A program made the position numbers and the translations under genes. A DNA stretch of 46,303 nt, from the IMG/VR virus record IMGVR_UViG_3300010286_000003, positions 1 to 46,303 of that record. One strand, 5' to 3'. The stretch comes from a virus (Duplodnaviria; Caudoviricetes). Of the stretch, positions 8,245 through 19,112 are shown piece by piece. Under the pieces are notes generated by a model. It searched no databases, was not told the origin of the DNA, and saw only the letters and a program-made list of their open reading frames with translations. How positions within the stretch are numbered: position 1 is the stretch's first letter; each line of letters begins with the position of its first letter.

Positions 8245-8482
8245 CAGGATCTGTTTGATTTTCTTCATCTTCTAAATCTTCATCTTCTTCAATTATTTCA
8301 TCATTATTTTCTTCTGTATTTTCATCGATAGCATTTATAACTATATTAAAATCATCTTCAGTAAGTTGTCCTTTATTAAAATAATTAAAAGACATTAAAT
8401 TTATTTGTGCTACTGTAAAACTTCGTTCTTTATATGTTTGTATTAAATTATCCCGTAACCATTCTGATAAATTAAATATCAT
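8237..8482 (-). CDS. small acidic protein after the tail fibre gene (possible fibre chaperone)
   Basis: 81-aa ORF, ATGA overlap with upstream gene, GGAGG SD. Confidence 0.6.
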   Translation of the reverse strand: MIFNLSEWLRDNLIQTYKERSFTVAQINLMSFNYFNKGQLTEDDFNIVINAIDENTEENNDEIIEEDEDLEDEENQTDPEG

Positions 8483-11289
8483 ACATTACCTCCTAATGCT
8501 AAAATAGCATTTTTTAATTTTTCTATTTCATTAGAAAATATGTCTACTATATAACTTAATTTGCTTCTAAAACAAGCTGTAATTGTCGGTTGTAATTGAG
8601 AATTAGTATATACATTTGTAGAATCAGAATATGATAATAAACTAGGAAGATCAATTATTGTTTCAACAGGATCTAATCTTTCATATACCACAGTAATTGG
8701 ATTATTTTGCAAAAACATCTTACATCCATTAGATGAAATTTCAGTGAGTCTTGAACGTTTTACCCTAACAAATATTAATCCTTCCTGATTTATCATAATT
8801 CCTTCATTGTCACCTGTGTACGTATCTGCACGAGCTTTAAAACGATCGCAAATTATTGTATAAGGTCTGTCATTATAGTTTAGCGTAGGATTTGCTTTAA
8901 TAGGAGGTGTAAATCTAAAAACAACAGTATTAGTACCTACATCATCAACATATATCGTTAATCCTGTTCCATTAATTGTAGTTTTAATAAGACGTTCAGT
9001 ATATTTAGCTTTACCGTTGCCTATATATTCTAAAGTATCAGCAACACCATTGGGTAATTTATTTAATTCATATGGTATAGTTATTTTATTATATTTAGGG
9101 GAAACATAATTGGAAGCAACATTTCCATATTCCAACTGGGGTTTTAATTGCAAATTATTGCATATCGATCCTGAAGATACAGATAAAGTAATTTCTTTAA
9201 GCATTATATTATTTACAGTTTTAGTAACTTTATGTCCTATACCACTTCCTAAATTTAAATCAAATATAACAGTGTCATTACTTTTAATTTTTATAGCAAT
9301 ACTATTATGAACAAAATTATTATTGGCACAAAAAGTATATGTCCCATTTAAAACTAAATTAATCGGTACGGTAAAGTAAGCTGCTGAAGAAGCAGTACCA
9401 TTTAAAATAATTGTTCCATCTTCTAAAACATTTAAGGTAACGCCATTTATAAAATTATTAGAAAAACGAGGTAATATGTTTTTACCTGTTGCTATAATAT
9501 TAAAATTTTGCAAACTTTCGATAACAGATGGGTAATCTACGCTAGGACTATCAGGGGTAAATGTTTCATATTGAGTTTTTACTGATCCATATTCTACTTG
9601 AATCCCCGTTACCGTAACAGTTGATTGTATATTAGGAGCAGTAGGCACATTATTACACATTATACGAATATATATATCTGTTATATTTTCAGGTATTGTC
9701 AGTGTAGTACCATTAACACTAAAATCACGATATTGTGCTATACCATTTACTATATACATAAGTTGTACTCTTGATCCAATATCGGGAACAGTAGAAGTAA
9801 ATGATTCATAAGATAATGTTACAGTTTTGTTTGCATATAAATGTTTTGGTAATTTAAATCTTATATTGGAATAAGCAATAGTATTATTACTAACAATAGT
9901 TATAGTTTTATCTACCCTAGACACTGAAACAATATCAGAATTTTGAATATAATCTCCGTACATATTAAATATATTTTTACTTTGGATAGTTTGTTTTTGA
10001 TATGTTGCACCTTCAATTTTATAAAAAATTTCTGCTTCTTCTGATTTACTAGAGTGTATAAATGATCCACTTTGAACATCAACATCATCAAACTGTGCTT
10101 TTATTTTAATTTTGTCTTCAATTTTCTCACTACTATATGTTTCGGATTTAGAAATGCTATTATCATTAATACCAATTTTTTCAGCTACCAAATTGCTAGC
10201 CATTTCATACGCTACATTGGCGTTTTGCAATGCTTGATTGGCATTTTGTATAGCTGTATTAGCTGTATTATTGACTGTATTAATAGTACTAATTAATAAG
10301 TTAAATTTATTATTTCTTTCTATTTCAGCTTGTTTGCGTTCTTCTTCATTGGTTATAATTTGAGCTTCTTGTATTAACCATTCTTGTAGCCATGAAGGCT
10401 CTGGTTTTTCTATAAAGGGATCTACATCCAAACCTTCAGACACATAAATTTGTGATGAAAGAGTAGACCATGCATAAAATTCTCCAAATTCATCATATCC
10501 TAAAACTTCAAACTTAAAATCAATATAACCACTTTTAACAGTTACTTTACTGTCAAGTAACCAACCAAATGTTATAGTATCATCAGAAACAACAACATTG
10601 ACAGGTGGAATTCTATCACCTTTACCTTCAGCATTTTTAAAACATATAGCTATAACTTTTTTTGATCTATCAACATTATCATAATATCTTTGCATGACAA
10701 AAGAAATTATTTGTGATCTATTATCACCTACTACTGCAACATCTTCTAAATTTGGCATTAATATTTTTCTGCCAACTATATAAATAGGTTCATCAGTATC
10801 AGAAATATTTACAATAGGATACCCACTGAAAGATTCATAGTATCTTTTTTGATCTTCATAATCTAATGGTGTAGCATCTCCTAATATTTGAAAAGATTTT
10901 TCAATAGGAAATGTTATCATTTTTGTTTTCCAAACATATATTTTTTTATTACTATTATCCTTTAATGAAAATTCAATAAATATACTAACTATACCACTTT
11001 GTACAGTGACACTGCTAGGAACTATCCAATAAAAAGTAAATTTATTACCAGACGTGTCAAATTCATACAAATAACCTTGACTATAATCAGTTTTACCATC
11101 AGCATTCTTATAACCAATTTCTATATTACATTGAGACAAATCAACACCATCAAAATAACGATTTATTTCAAAATAAAATTTTTTTGAATTAGAATCTCCC
11201 TCAACAACTATATCTTTTAATTCTATTTTTGGATTTATATCACGATTTATTATTTCAAAGTCAACTATCGACATAATCACCACCTCCAT
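8479..11289 (-). CDS. baseplate upper/tail fibre protein with duplicated BppU-like N-terminal domains
   Basis: Repeats VEGDSNSKKFYFEINRYFDGVDLS / VVGDNRSQIISFVMQRYYDNVDRS; coiled-coil linker; two KNI...Q(V/L)EYG modules. Confidence 0.75.
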   Translation of the reverse strand: MEVVIMSIVDFEIINRDINPKIELKDIVVEGDSNSKKFYFEINRYFDGVDLSQCNIEIGYKNADGKTDYSQGYLYEFDTSGNKFTFYWIVPSSVTVQSGIVSIFIEFSLKDNSNKKIYVWKTKMITFPIEKSFQILGDATPLDYEDQKRYYESFSGYPIVNISDTDEPIYIVGRKILMPNLEDVAVVGDNRSQIISFVMQRYYDNVDRSKKVIAICFKNAEGKGDRIPPVNVVVSDDTITFGWLLDSKVTVKSGYIDFKFEVLGYDEFGEFYAWSTLSSQIYVSEGLDVDPFIEKPEPSWLQEWLIQEAQIITNEEERKQAEIERNNKFNLLISTINTVNNTANTAIQNANQALQNANVAYEMASNLVAEKIGINDNSISKSETYSSEKIEDKIKIKAQFDDVDVQSGSFIHSSKSEEAEIFYKIEGATYQKQTIQSKNIFNMYGDYIQNSDIVSVSRVDKTITIVSNNTIAYSNIRFKLPKHLYANKTVTLSYESFTSTVPDIGSRVQLMYIVNGIAQYRDFSVNGTTLTIPENITDIYIRIMCNNVPTAPNIQSTVTVTGIQVEYGSVKTQYETFTPDSPSVDYPSVIESLQNFNIIATGKNILPRFSNNFINGVTLNVLEDGTIILNGTASSAAYFTVPINLVLNGTYTFCANNNFVHNSIAIKIKSNDTVIFDLNLGSGIGHKVTKTVNNIMLKEITLSVSSGSICNNLQLKPQLEYGNVASNYVSPKYNKITIPYELNKLPNGVADTLEYIGNGKAKYTERLIKTTINGTGLTIYVDDVGTNTVVFRFTPPIKANPTLNYNDRPYTIICDRFKARADTYTGDNEGIMINQEGLIFVRVKRSRLTEISSNGCKMFLQNNPITVVYERLDPVETIIDLPSLLSYSDSTNVYTNSQLQPTITACFRSKLSYIVDIFSNEIEKLKNAILALGGNV

Positions 11290-11812
11290 TAGCGGCTTTT
11301 AAATTTTCTAGCTCTTTATGAACTAGATTTACATAATTAATACAATCTTGCAATGTTTTTATACACTTATTTTCTATTTGATTCATCTTGATTAACCATG
11401 AATCAAAACATGGTTTTATTGACTTTATAGTTTCTTTAGGTAATTCTTTACTAGGTAAAATAGGCAAAACAACTGAATTAGTTTCTAAAGCAATTTCATT
11501 ATTATAATCATACATTTTTAGCCAAACATTAAGATTACCATCATAAGCTGTCATATTACTATCAACAATACCGTTAAACTGTAAATAATTATTATTATAT
11601 TGGTTATCTAACTTTAGTTCTTGATAACCACCATGGTCATTATCATTAGAATAAAACATATAAACAGTTGCATTAGTTAAATCAATATTGTTATATTTTA
11701 TCGGAATCAAACATTTAATTGTATCTACATTGCTCTCAAATTGATATATTGGAGTAGAAGATGTTAATTTTAAATTTTTTTCTTGCATAACAATTGTTAT
11801 CATAAATCTCAC
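11261..11812 (-). CDS. BppU-like baseplate protein
   Basis: IYQFESNVDTIKCLIPIKYNNIDLT resembles the repeats of the next gene. Confidence 0.55.
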   Translation of the reverse strand: MRFMITIVMQEKNLKLTSSTPIYQFESNVDTIKCLIPIKYNNIDLTNATVYMFYSNDNDHGGYQELKLDNQYNNNYLQFNGIVDSNMTAYDGNLNVWLKMYDYNNEIALETNSVVLPILPSKELPKETIKSIKPCFDSWLIKMNQIENKCIKTLQDCINYVNLVHKELENLKAANGGGDYVDS

Positions 11813-11821
11813 CTTTTTTAT

Positions 11822-11859
11822 AAAAATAAGTGGTACAAATTAATATTTTGTACCACTTA
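11822..11859 (-). terminator. intrinsic terminator
   Basis: 13-bp stem TAAGTGGTACAAA/TTTGTACCACTTA + T5 on the - strand. Confidence 0.8.
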
Positions 11860-11877
11860 ATATAAAATCAATTAATA

Positions 11878-12294
11878 TTAAAATATTTTATATCTTGGTT
11901 TTTCTTCATTAAAAAATAAATACCTAATATAATCATCTAATATAATTCCTAATAAACTTAATAAGCACCATATTAGCATAAACGGTAATGATATTTGACC
12001 TAATATATTAAATGGAAGATGAGAATAATCCCATATATTCCAATTTAATAAAAGATTTACAATACATCCAGTTATAAATTCCAATACTGTAGTAGTAAAT
12101 CCACCTAAAATCATTTGTTTCCATAAAGGCATTTTCCATGACCATATTTCATTAAATAAACCCATGAAAACGAAGCAAAATCCACCTAGACATAACATAG
12201 TCCAATGAGAATATCCACGATAAATTATTTCAATAAAAAAATAAGCTACTCCGCCTACTAACCATAAAAATATATATTTACTAAATTGCTTCAT
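11878..12294 (-). CDS. four-TM membrane protein, CmpB/TMEM229-like ('putative ABC transporter permease')
   Basis: GG..YF.IE, T..EF.TG, IWDYS..PFN..GQI motifs. Confidence 0.75.
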   Translation of the reverse strand: MKQFSKYIFLWLVGGVAYFFIEIIYRGYSHWTMLCLGGFCFVFMGLFNEIWSWKMPLWKQMILGGFTTTVLEFITGCIVNLLLNWNIWDYSHLPFNILGQISLPFMLIWCLLSLLGIILDDYIRYLFFNEEKPRYKIF

Positions 12295-12304
12295 ATTATC
12301 ACCA

Positions 12305-12934
12305 TCAATATTCTATAGTAATACGTAAAACTTCTTCTTTACTATTAGCTTTTTGTATTTTACTTTCTATTTCTTGTTGTTTTGTTACTAAAGGTCTAAC
12401 TGTTCTTTCAATTTCAAAAGCTAACTGTTGTAATTGTTCTAACGTCCAATCATATGTACATGGCTCACCTGTCGCATTCCATGAAGGTTGAAAATCAATT
12501 CCATTTTGCAAGGCTAATTGTGTAATTATTATCATTTGCGATAAATATTGTTGTTTTTCTTCGGTTATTGAATAATATGCACCATTTGGATCATGACAAG
12601 TAGAGAAAATAGGATTATTTTCTAAATATTCTTTTAATTTTTGCTTACTTAAATTAATATACCATTCTTTTAATTCTTCTAACGTACAAGTATCATAATT
12701 TATTTGTGGATTTACTATTTTACGCAAATTTTCAATTTCTCTTAATAATAATTCATTATTTCTTATTAATTTTGTATGTTTTAATATTTCATTCTTATCA
12801 TTAACATAACCTACAATAACATCATATAGATTTAAATCAAAATCTTCAAAACAGGTCAGCACATTCTCCCCTGTAAGAGGAGTAGTGCTTTTCTCTATCA
12901 ACATATAATTTCCGTCATGTCTGTAATAAAACAT
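12305..12934 (-). CDS. tail fibre assembly-like protein (DUF4376-like C-terminus)
   Basis: Follows fibre gene; WT.EQLQQLA..I...V..LV..QQ..E..I..A.S.EEV..I.I.Y pattern. Confidence 0.55.
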   Translation of the reverse strand: MFYYRHDGNYMLIEKSTTPLTGENVLTCFEDFDLNLYDVIVGYVNDKNEILKHTKLIRNNELLLREIENLRKIVNPQINYDTCTLEELKEWYINLSKQKLKEYLENNPIFSTCHDPNGAYYSITEEKQQYLSQMIIITQLALQNGIDFQPSWNATGEPCTYDWTLEQLQQLAFEIERTVRPLVTKQQEIESKIQKANSKEEVLRITIEY

Positions 12935-12948
12935 ATAATAAACCTCCT

Positions 12949-14466
12949 TTATAAAGCTGCAATCGCAGTGCCTTCATTCGCAAGATTGGTACTAATTGAA
13001 GATGGAAGTGTTTTTATTAAAGAAAATGTTATTGTATTTGATGATTTAGTATAGCTGAGTAGATGATATTTACATTCATAAGTACTTATAAATACTTTAT
13101 TACCACCTGAATTTACCGCTAAAAATCTAACAGAGGGGTCATCATTTAAAATAGTTGATGGAAATACAACATCATAAAATGTATTAGTAGATATATCATA
13201 AGCTATGTAAGTGCGGTCTCCACTATAAGGATTATAAGCATATAAGACAGTATTGGTATCAAGCCACCCCATAATTTCATTAACGATACTATTAGAAATA
13301 CCTAAATTATTATTTTTATACGTTTTATTAGCAATAGATATAACATTACAATATCTTGGAACAACTGGTGATATAGTAGATAATGCAAAGGCATCCGTAA
13401 AAGGATTTACTCGCACAGATGCTTTATAATCACCAGTGCTGGTAGATGACGAAAACAGTTTTATACCAGATGAAGGAAACGTGCCATCATCATTGGCAAT
13501 ATATAAGTCAACTTGTATATTGTTTAGGTTATCGTATACTGTAATTGGATATATTAATAAAACAGCTTTACCATTAGCACTTACACAAGCCAATGTATTT
13601 GAACTTCTGCTATTTGACGATACATAATACGTTTTTTCGAAAACAAATGTACTACCATCATTTCTATAAACTCTAAATCCAGCACTAGAACCGCTATAAT
13701 AAGGTGTTACTAATATTTGACCATCTTCTGTTAACGTTCCCTTTGTAGAAGGTGCAGTAAAATATAATGTGAAAACATCTCCCTGTCTTTTATAAATTTT
13801 ATCACCATGTAATAAATAATTACCATCTCTTGTGAATTTAGTGTTTAAATAAAGCAACATATCACCACTACTTGTCGTAGCTCGTAAAGGAAATCTGGCA
13901 TTAAGAGTTAATTCGTTGTTTGAAGTATTGAAATTATATATATCAAAATTACTATCATAATATGAACTGCTACCGCCGCCAGCCCATTGAGAAGTATAAG
14001 CAATATAACTGCCTTTTTGACTCAACAACACCCAGCTACTTCCATTCCACATATATGCAGTTTCCATGTCTAATACCCCGCCTATTTTGGAATATACTAA
14101 GGGTCGGCGTAAATAAGTATTGGAAGTAATATCTCCACTTATTGACTGCACAAGCCAGTCATTTGTTGTGTTGCTATCAGCAATACTGAAATTCTTAGTA
14201 CCACCATTTGTTAAAGTTTTTGAGTGGCTAGTATTAAAGTTTCTGTAAACTAAATCCCCTACTACTAGCATGAGTGTACCATTTGATTCTCCTGCATTGA
14301 CAGCTTCCACTATCTTTACAGTAGATATTTGAGAAGCTATATCTGCCTTAACCCAAATATGACCGTTTCTAACAGCAGTAGGTTGTGTATTAGATATAGT
14401 AAGAGGAAAATCATATATTTCTTTTATTCCTCCACCACCATACGGTAGTCTGCAAATCACTGGCAT
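12949..14466 (-). CDS. putative receptor-binding/tail-tip protein (beta-rich, propeller-like C-terminus)
   Basis: S/T/N/G-rich, QP....GHIWV fibre motif, position; locally higher GC. Confidence 0.6.
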   Translation of the reverse strand: MPVICRLPYGGGGIKEIYDFPLTISNTQPTAVRNGHIWVKADIASQISTVKIVEAVNAGESNGTLMLVVGDLVYRNFNTSHSKTLTNGGTKNFSIADSNTTNDWLVQSISGDITSNTYLRRPLVYSKIGGVLDMETAYMWNGSSWVLLSQKGSYIAYTSQWAGGGSSSYYDSNFDIYNFNTSNNELTLNARFPLRATTSSGDMLLYLNTKFTRDGNYLLHGDKIYKRQGDVFTLYFTAPSTKGTLTEDGQILVTPYYSGSSAGFRVYRNDGSTFVFEKTYYVSSNSRSSNTLACVSANGKAVLLIYPITVYDNLNNIQVDLYIANDDGTFPSSGIKLFSSSTSTGDYKASVRVNPFTDAFALSTISPVVPRYCNVISIANKTYKNNNLGISNSIVNEIMGWLDTNTVLYAYNPYSGDRTYIAYDISTNTFYDVVFPSTILNDDPSVRFLAVNSGGNKVFISTYECKYHLLSYTKSSNTITFSLIKTLPSSISTNLANEGTAIAAL

Positions 14467-15686
14467 TATAAATCACCTCTAATAATTATAGTAATTGGTA
14501 TATTAACAGTAGGTTTATTACCGTAAGCTTTTAAAGTAATAGAATTAGTAGATTGAGTTCCAGTAACAATCATTGCATCTGCTAAATTTTTTACTTGATT
14601 TACATCGAGATTATTTTGAGGTATTATTTCTATAACATTGTTAGATGTTACACCATTGATAGACAATGTATAAGTATATGGTGCAGATGAACCACTCCAT
14701 TGCGAAGCTGATAAAGTAACATTAGTAACAGTTGATTTTTGTGCTTTATTATTTAATTGTGATTGAATATTACCCGTTACTCCATTTAAATAATTTATTT
14801 CTTGTGAAGAAACTGTTGTACCTTTTAATTTATTAATTTCAGTAGCAGTAGCTTCTATTCCCAAATTTTTTAACGCTTGTGCAGCGTTTGACGCACCAGT
14901 TCCACCTCTTTCAATAGGTATGACTTCAGGTATATCTATAATTTTTGCTATTTCAAATCTTGTATTATCAATAATATTTTCAAAATAAACTCTTCCATCA
15001 TCAATAATATATCTATATGGTATATTAGTGGTTGAATCAATATAAGTTAAATCGTTTACATTTATCTCAAGAATTTTATACCAAACACTTGAATTAATTG
15101 ACGGAATAACATTAGTATTTTCTTCTGAAGATGCCCATAAAATATTATTATATGTAACCAATGCATCTTTTGGATAAGTAATATAAGGACTCCAAATTCC
15201 ATATGGTACTAATCCAGTACCAGGAAGTCCACGTTCACCACGTAAAGTTAGCGGCCACCAATAATTAGTATTTGTAGGTAAAGTACCTATAGGAGTATCA
15301 TTTCTAAAACACATATATGTTTCTAATGCAGAATTATTAGCATAAAGAACTACATCATATTTTTTATATTTAACAGTAGGAGAATAACCACCTTGTGGTT
15401 TAACAATGTTCATCAAATATTCTTGAATACTTTCTGTAAACAATAATTGTAATGCATTTATAGCATCTATAATAGGATTTAATGTAGCTGCACCTATATA
15501 TGAACGTTTTAATTGAGGATTTTCTTCTAATAAAGCATATGCACCTGCAATATCACCAGATTGAAACTTAGATTCAAATTCCTTTGCAAGTGCATATGTA
15601 TCTAATGTTATATCTATAAATCTTTGGAAATTATCAAGCTCATCTGGAAATTTTGTATCTGGAAATTGAGGATATGTTATTGACAT
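14466..15686 (-). CDS. tail fibre protein
   Basis: Two CBM5/12-like repeats (YKKYDVVLY; YPKDALVTYN), short GxxGxxG, PIERGGTGA..A..ALKNLG, YLNGVTGNIQSQLN. Confidence 0.75.
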   Translation of the reverse strand: MSITYPQFPDTKFPDELDNFQRFIDITLDTYALAKEFESKFQSGDIAGAYALLEENPQLKRSYIGAATLNPIIDAINALQLLFTESIQEYLMNIVKPQGGYSPTVKYKKYDVVLYANNSALETYMCFRNDTPIGTLPTNTNYWWPLTLRGERGLPGTGLVPYGIWSPYITYPKDALVTYNNILWASSEENTNVIPSINSSVWYKILEINVNDLTYIDSTTNIPYRYIIDDGRVYFENIIDNTRFEIAKIIDIPEVIPIERGGTGASNAAQALKNLGIEATATEINKLKGTTVSSQEINYLNGVTGNIQSQLNNKAQKSTVTNVTLSASQWSGSSAPYTYTLSINGVTSNNVIEIIPQNNLDVNQVKNLADAMIVTGTQSTNSITLKAYGNKPTVNIPITIIIRGDL

Positions 15687-15700
15687 AAAATCACTCCCTT

Positions 15701-17104
15701 CTAAACAATGTCAGGATAAAGTTCACTATACTTCATCATTGACACATTTATAATAAAATTACTATTTGATCCACTTATGGATTTAATAATATAATCTTTT
15801 GTTTCACCAGCTTCATTTGTATATGTGATTTTCTTATTTACATCAAGAAATGGAATATTGACCATTTCTAATGAAATTTGATCTAAAAATCTTGTTGATA
15901 ACCATGTTTCGTACTTAGCCCTCTGTTGACATAAATCATCAGATTCTAATTCATCTAACTGCATTGTATTAATAATCTCTTTCCCTAAATTAGTAATAGA
16001 AAATGGACAATCTTCATCATAACACTTGTATTCACCATATGCTTGATATTGTCCAAGCAATAAAAAATCATCAGTTGCCCGACGATATTTAAAAACATAA
16101 TCCATATTAGCTTTTAATCTATTACTAGAAATGGGGTTATTATAATCATCTAGTATTAATTTAGCACCAATTCCATTAATATTTAATCTAACATTATTTT
16201 GATTATTAGAAGGTATTTTTATAGCATACTTAGCAAAATTTTCTAATTCACTAATTCCTGAAAATGTAGCAGAATATATGTTATTAGAATAATTTGCAGT
16301 TTGAGTATAGTAATCAGGTTCCAAGAACTTTCCCCATATTTTTGTTACATTATATATTTTATTAAAAGTATTTTGTTTATTTTCTTTAATAACTAATGGA
16401 TTAATTATAGATTCATCTAAAATGGATATTTCATTTTTTGTTGTAGGTATTTTCTGTATTATAAATGTACCATCAATATCAAAAAACATTTCATATCCTG
16501 CATATAAATCAACTATATCTTTTAATACATCATAATATGTAGCATCAACACTATACTCTAAATCATAAGGAATCTCTTTACCTATATCTTGTACATAATA
16601 TTTTTTTATTCCAATTTCATTTAATAAACTCACTATTACATTTCTTATATAAGATCCAGCAGGAATTTTTAAAGAATAATCTTGTATTTTACCATCTATA
16701 TCACCATTTAAAATACACATTAAATCGCTACAAGTAAGAGATAATGTTTTATTTTCTTTATCATAGTTATAATCAGGTTCATTAATTATATATGTACCCA
16801 TTAAATACCATAAAACTTCTCCACTTCTTATATGTTCAATGCCTATATATGGACGTATATATCTATCTATCCATACTTTTTTATCTGCACCTATATCAAA
16901 AGTGCTATCAGAAACATATAATGTGCAATTATATGTTCTTCTAATAGCACTTTCAGCAGAAATACTAAATGAATCATCTATTAAATTTCCTGTAATAACA
17001 TCTATAACTTTTAAATTACGATTAAGTAACTCAATTTTATATGATAAATTTTTTACTCCTTGAAAAAGTATGTCTATATCTTTTTGTTGAATAATATAAT
17101 TCAT
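15701..17104 (-). CDS. minor tail/baseplate hub protein (DUF5048-like)
   Basis: S.IRRT, YEMFFD.DG.F, IPFLDVNKKI motifs; position. Confidence 0.6.
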   Translation of the reverse strand: MNYIIQQKDIDILFQGVKNLSYKIELLNRNLKVIDVITGNLIDDSFSISAESAIRRTYNCTLYVSDSTFDIGADKKVWIDRYIRPYIGIEHIRSGEVLWYLMGTYIINEPDYNYDKENKTLSLTCSDLMCILNGDIDGKIQDYSLKIPAGSYIRNVIVSLLNEIGIKKYYVQDIGKEIPYDLEYSVDATYYDVLKDIVDLYAGYEMFFDIDGTFIIQKIPTTKNEISILDESIINPLVIKENKQNTFNKIYNVTKIWGKFLEPDYYTQTANYSNNIYSATFSGISELENFAKYAIKIPSNNQNNVRLNINGIGAKLILDDYNNPISSNRLKANMDYVFKYRRATDDFLLLGQYQAYGEYKCYDEDCPFSITNLGKEIINTMQLDELESDDLCQQRAKYETWLSTRFLDQISLEMVNIPFLDVNKKITYTNEAGETKDYIIKSISGSNSNFIINVSMMKYSELYPDIV

Positions 17105-18021
17105 TATGATCTCACCAACCTTGGATCAAGGTCAAGAAAACCGTTATCTATTAAATCAGCAACATTTTCGGCATCACCAATCTCAACCCAATTAATTGTA
17201 GTAATAACATTATCATGATGACTAACAACATTTTTTACTGAATTTGGCACAATAGCTACAAGCCACATTCTACCATCATCACATTTTAAAATTTTAGGTT
17301 TACCGTTACTCAAAAAATCATCTACTTGTTGCCTGTATTTCCAAGCATTTTCAATATCCCATTCATTATTTAAATCTTGATCAATAAAAGTAGCTTGTAT
17401 TGTACCACTTTCATAATTTAATTTTGAATTAGTTATAAAAAATGGTTTTTCCCTTCCTTTTGTTTCAATTATATTACCACTAAAATTTCTATTAGTAGAT
17501 GAAATCGCAGCATTTAAAATAGCACGTATAACGGTTTCTTTCTCTATAAAATAAAATCCTTCAAAATCAGTTTTAATTTCATTAGTATTTAAATTGCCTT
17601 CGATATTATTTATAACAGGCACTAAAGAATATTGGTAATCTGTTTTACTACGTACAGTTCTATCAAATCTTTCAAATTTAAAATCTTCATTTGTCTTAAT
17701 AGGTATCTCATAAATGGTATCCCATTTATATATCCCCTTTTTTCTTCTTTTAACACGAATTGCAGACACTATATCCGATGTATAATCAACATTTCCTCCA
17801 AATAAATTATTACGAAAATGTGCAAATATTTTTGTATCAAAATCCCATTGTCTTTTACTTTCATCATATTCTATATTTGAATTTTTACTAACAAATAAAC
17901 TATCAAAAATACCTGCACTTAATCGAATATAATTTATATTAGAAACATTTGTAGGAGTTAAACTAAAACTAAAATTTTTACCACAAAATAAATTCATTAA
18001 TAACGGCATAAATAAAATCAC
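17104..18021 (-). CDS. minor tail protein (distal-tail-like)
   Basis: FL.NGKPKILK..DGR.WLV motif; position. Confidence 0.55.
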   Translation of the reverse strand: MILFMPLLMNLFCGKNFSFSLTPTNVSNINYIRLSAGIFDSLFVSKNSNIEYDESKRQWDFDTKIFAHFRNNLFGGNVDYTSDIVSAIRVKRRKKGIYKWDTIYEIPIKTNEDFKFERFDRTVRSKTDYQYSLVPVINNIEGNLNTNEIKTDFEGFYFIEKETVIRAILNAAISSTNRNFSGNIIETKGREKPFFITNSKLNYESGTIQATFIDQDLNNEWDIENAWKYRQQVDDFLSNGKPKILKCDDGRMWLVAIVPNSVKNVVSHHDNVITTINWVEIGDAENVADLIDNGFLDLDPRLVRS

Positions 18022-18027
18022 CCCTTT

Positions 18028-19101
18028 CTAGGATGATAAATTTTTTATATAGACACTGTATATATTATTTTTCCTTTTAATCCAAATAGATAGTAAATCC
18101 GTATCTAAAGGTGGGATAATATATTGACTATGTATAATATAATCTGTAAATGCACTAGGAACTTTTAATTTGAAATAAACTCTTTCCGAACCATCATCGC
18201 TAGCAAATGTACATTTTTCTTTTGATAATATAATTGTTTTTTCCCCATTTGATAAAATTAATATAGTACTAAAACTCATATTATATCCAATAATATTCAA
18301 AGTAAAATCTTTATCAATAAGAAAACCTTCATCAAAATATACATAAACTTTATTATCAGTCAAATCAATATATTCATTATCTATATAAACAGGATCACCA
18401 CTTCCAACATATTTACCCTCTAAACTAATAATATTAGACTGGATTTTAACACTACCTTCTTTTTTAATATTTTCAAGTGTTAAAAGAGCATAAACACTAG
18501 GCATTTCATAATTAACAGAAATAAAAACATATCCAGTATCCAATTCCATACCATTTACAGTTATACCTGTGGCACGAACATAATACGTACCATTATCATC
18601 TAAATCATACATTGAAATTGACAAGTTAGATGTATCATACCTAACACCAGAACTCCAAATTAAATTTTTATTAGTATTATACAAATGTAATTGATAAGAT
18701 TGTAATTCTTCGCCTTCAGGTTGATAATAATTCAATATTACATTATAAGACGAATTTCTTATAACTTGATTATCGATTAAATTTGTAAATTCAAAAGTAG
18801 GCTTGGTATAACAATAAAATAAGACTGGATCTGATGTTTCTGATTCAGTACCATTAATATCATAAACACTTATTGTTATATTATATAAAATACCATTAGT
18901 TAATATATGAGCAGGAATAACATGTTTCAACTGAAAGGTTTCCTGTATAGATTGATATACTATTGTATTTGTAGCATTATTTCTTATAATACATTTATTT
19001 TTAAAAGCTTGATTTCCTTGCCATTCAAATTCTATAGTTTTTTCATAACGAGCATCAAAGGCATTTATATTATAAACTAATGGTTTCATTTTAAATTTCA
19101 T
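18028..19101 (-). CDS. minor tail protein with Fn3/Ig-like repeats
   Basis: L.NG..Y.I/V repeats; position after tape measure. Confidence 0.55.
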   Translation of the reverse strand: MKFKMKPLVYNINAFDARYEKTIEFEWQGNQAFKNKCIIRNNATNTIVYQSIQETFQLKHVIPAHILTNGILYNITISVYDINGTESETSDPVLFYCYTKPTFEFTNLIDNQVIRNSSYNVILNYYQPEGEELQSYQLHLYNTNKNLIWSSGVRYDTSNLSISMYDLDDNGTYYVRATGITVNGMELDTGYVFISVNYEMPSVYALLTLENIKKEGSVKIQSNIISLEGKYVGSGDPVYIDNEYIDLTDNKVYVYFDEGFLIDKDFTLNIIGYNMSFSTILILSNGEKTIILSKEKCTFASDDGSERVYFKLKVPSAFTDYIIHSQYIIPPLDTDLLSIWIKRKNNIYSVYIKNLSS

Positions 19102-19112
19102 CCTTTCTTTAT

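Noticed and set aside
8479-15686. Diversity-generating retroelement or invertible fibre cassette
   Set aside because: No reverse transcriptase, no template/variable repeat pair and no inverted fibre segments seen.
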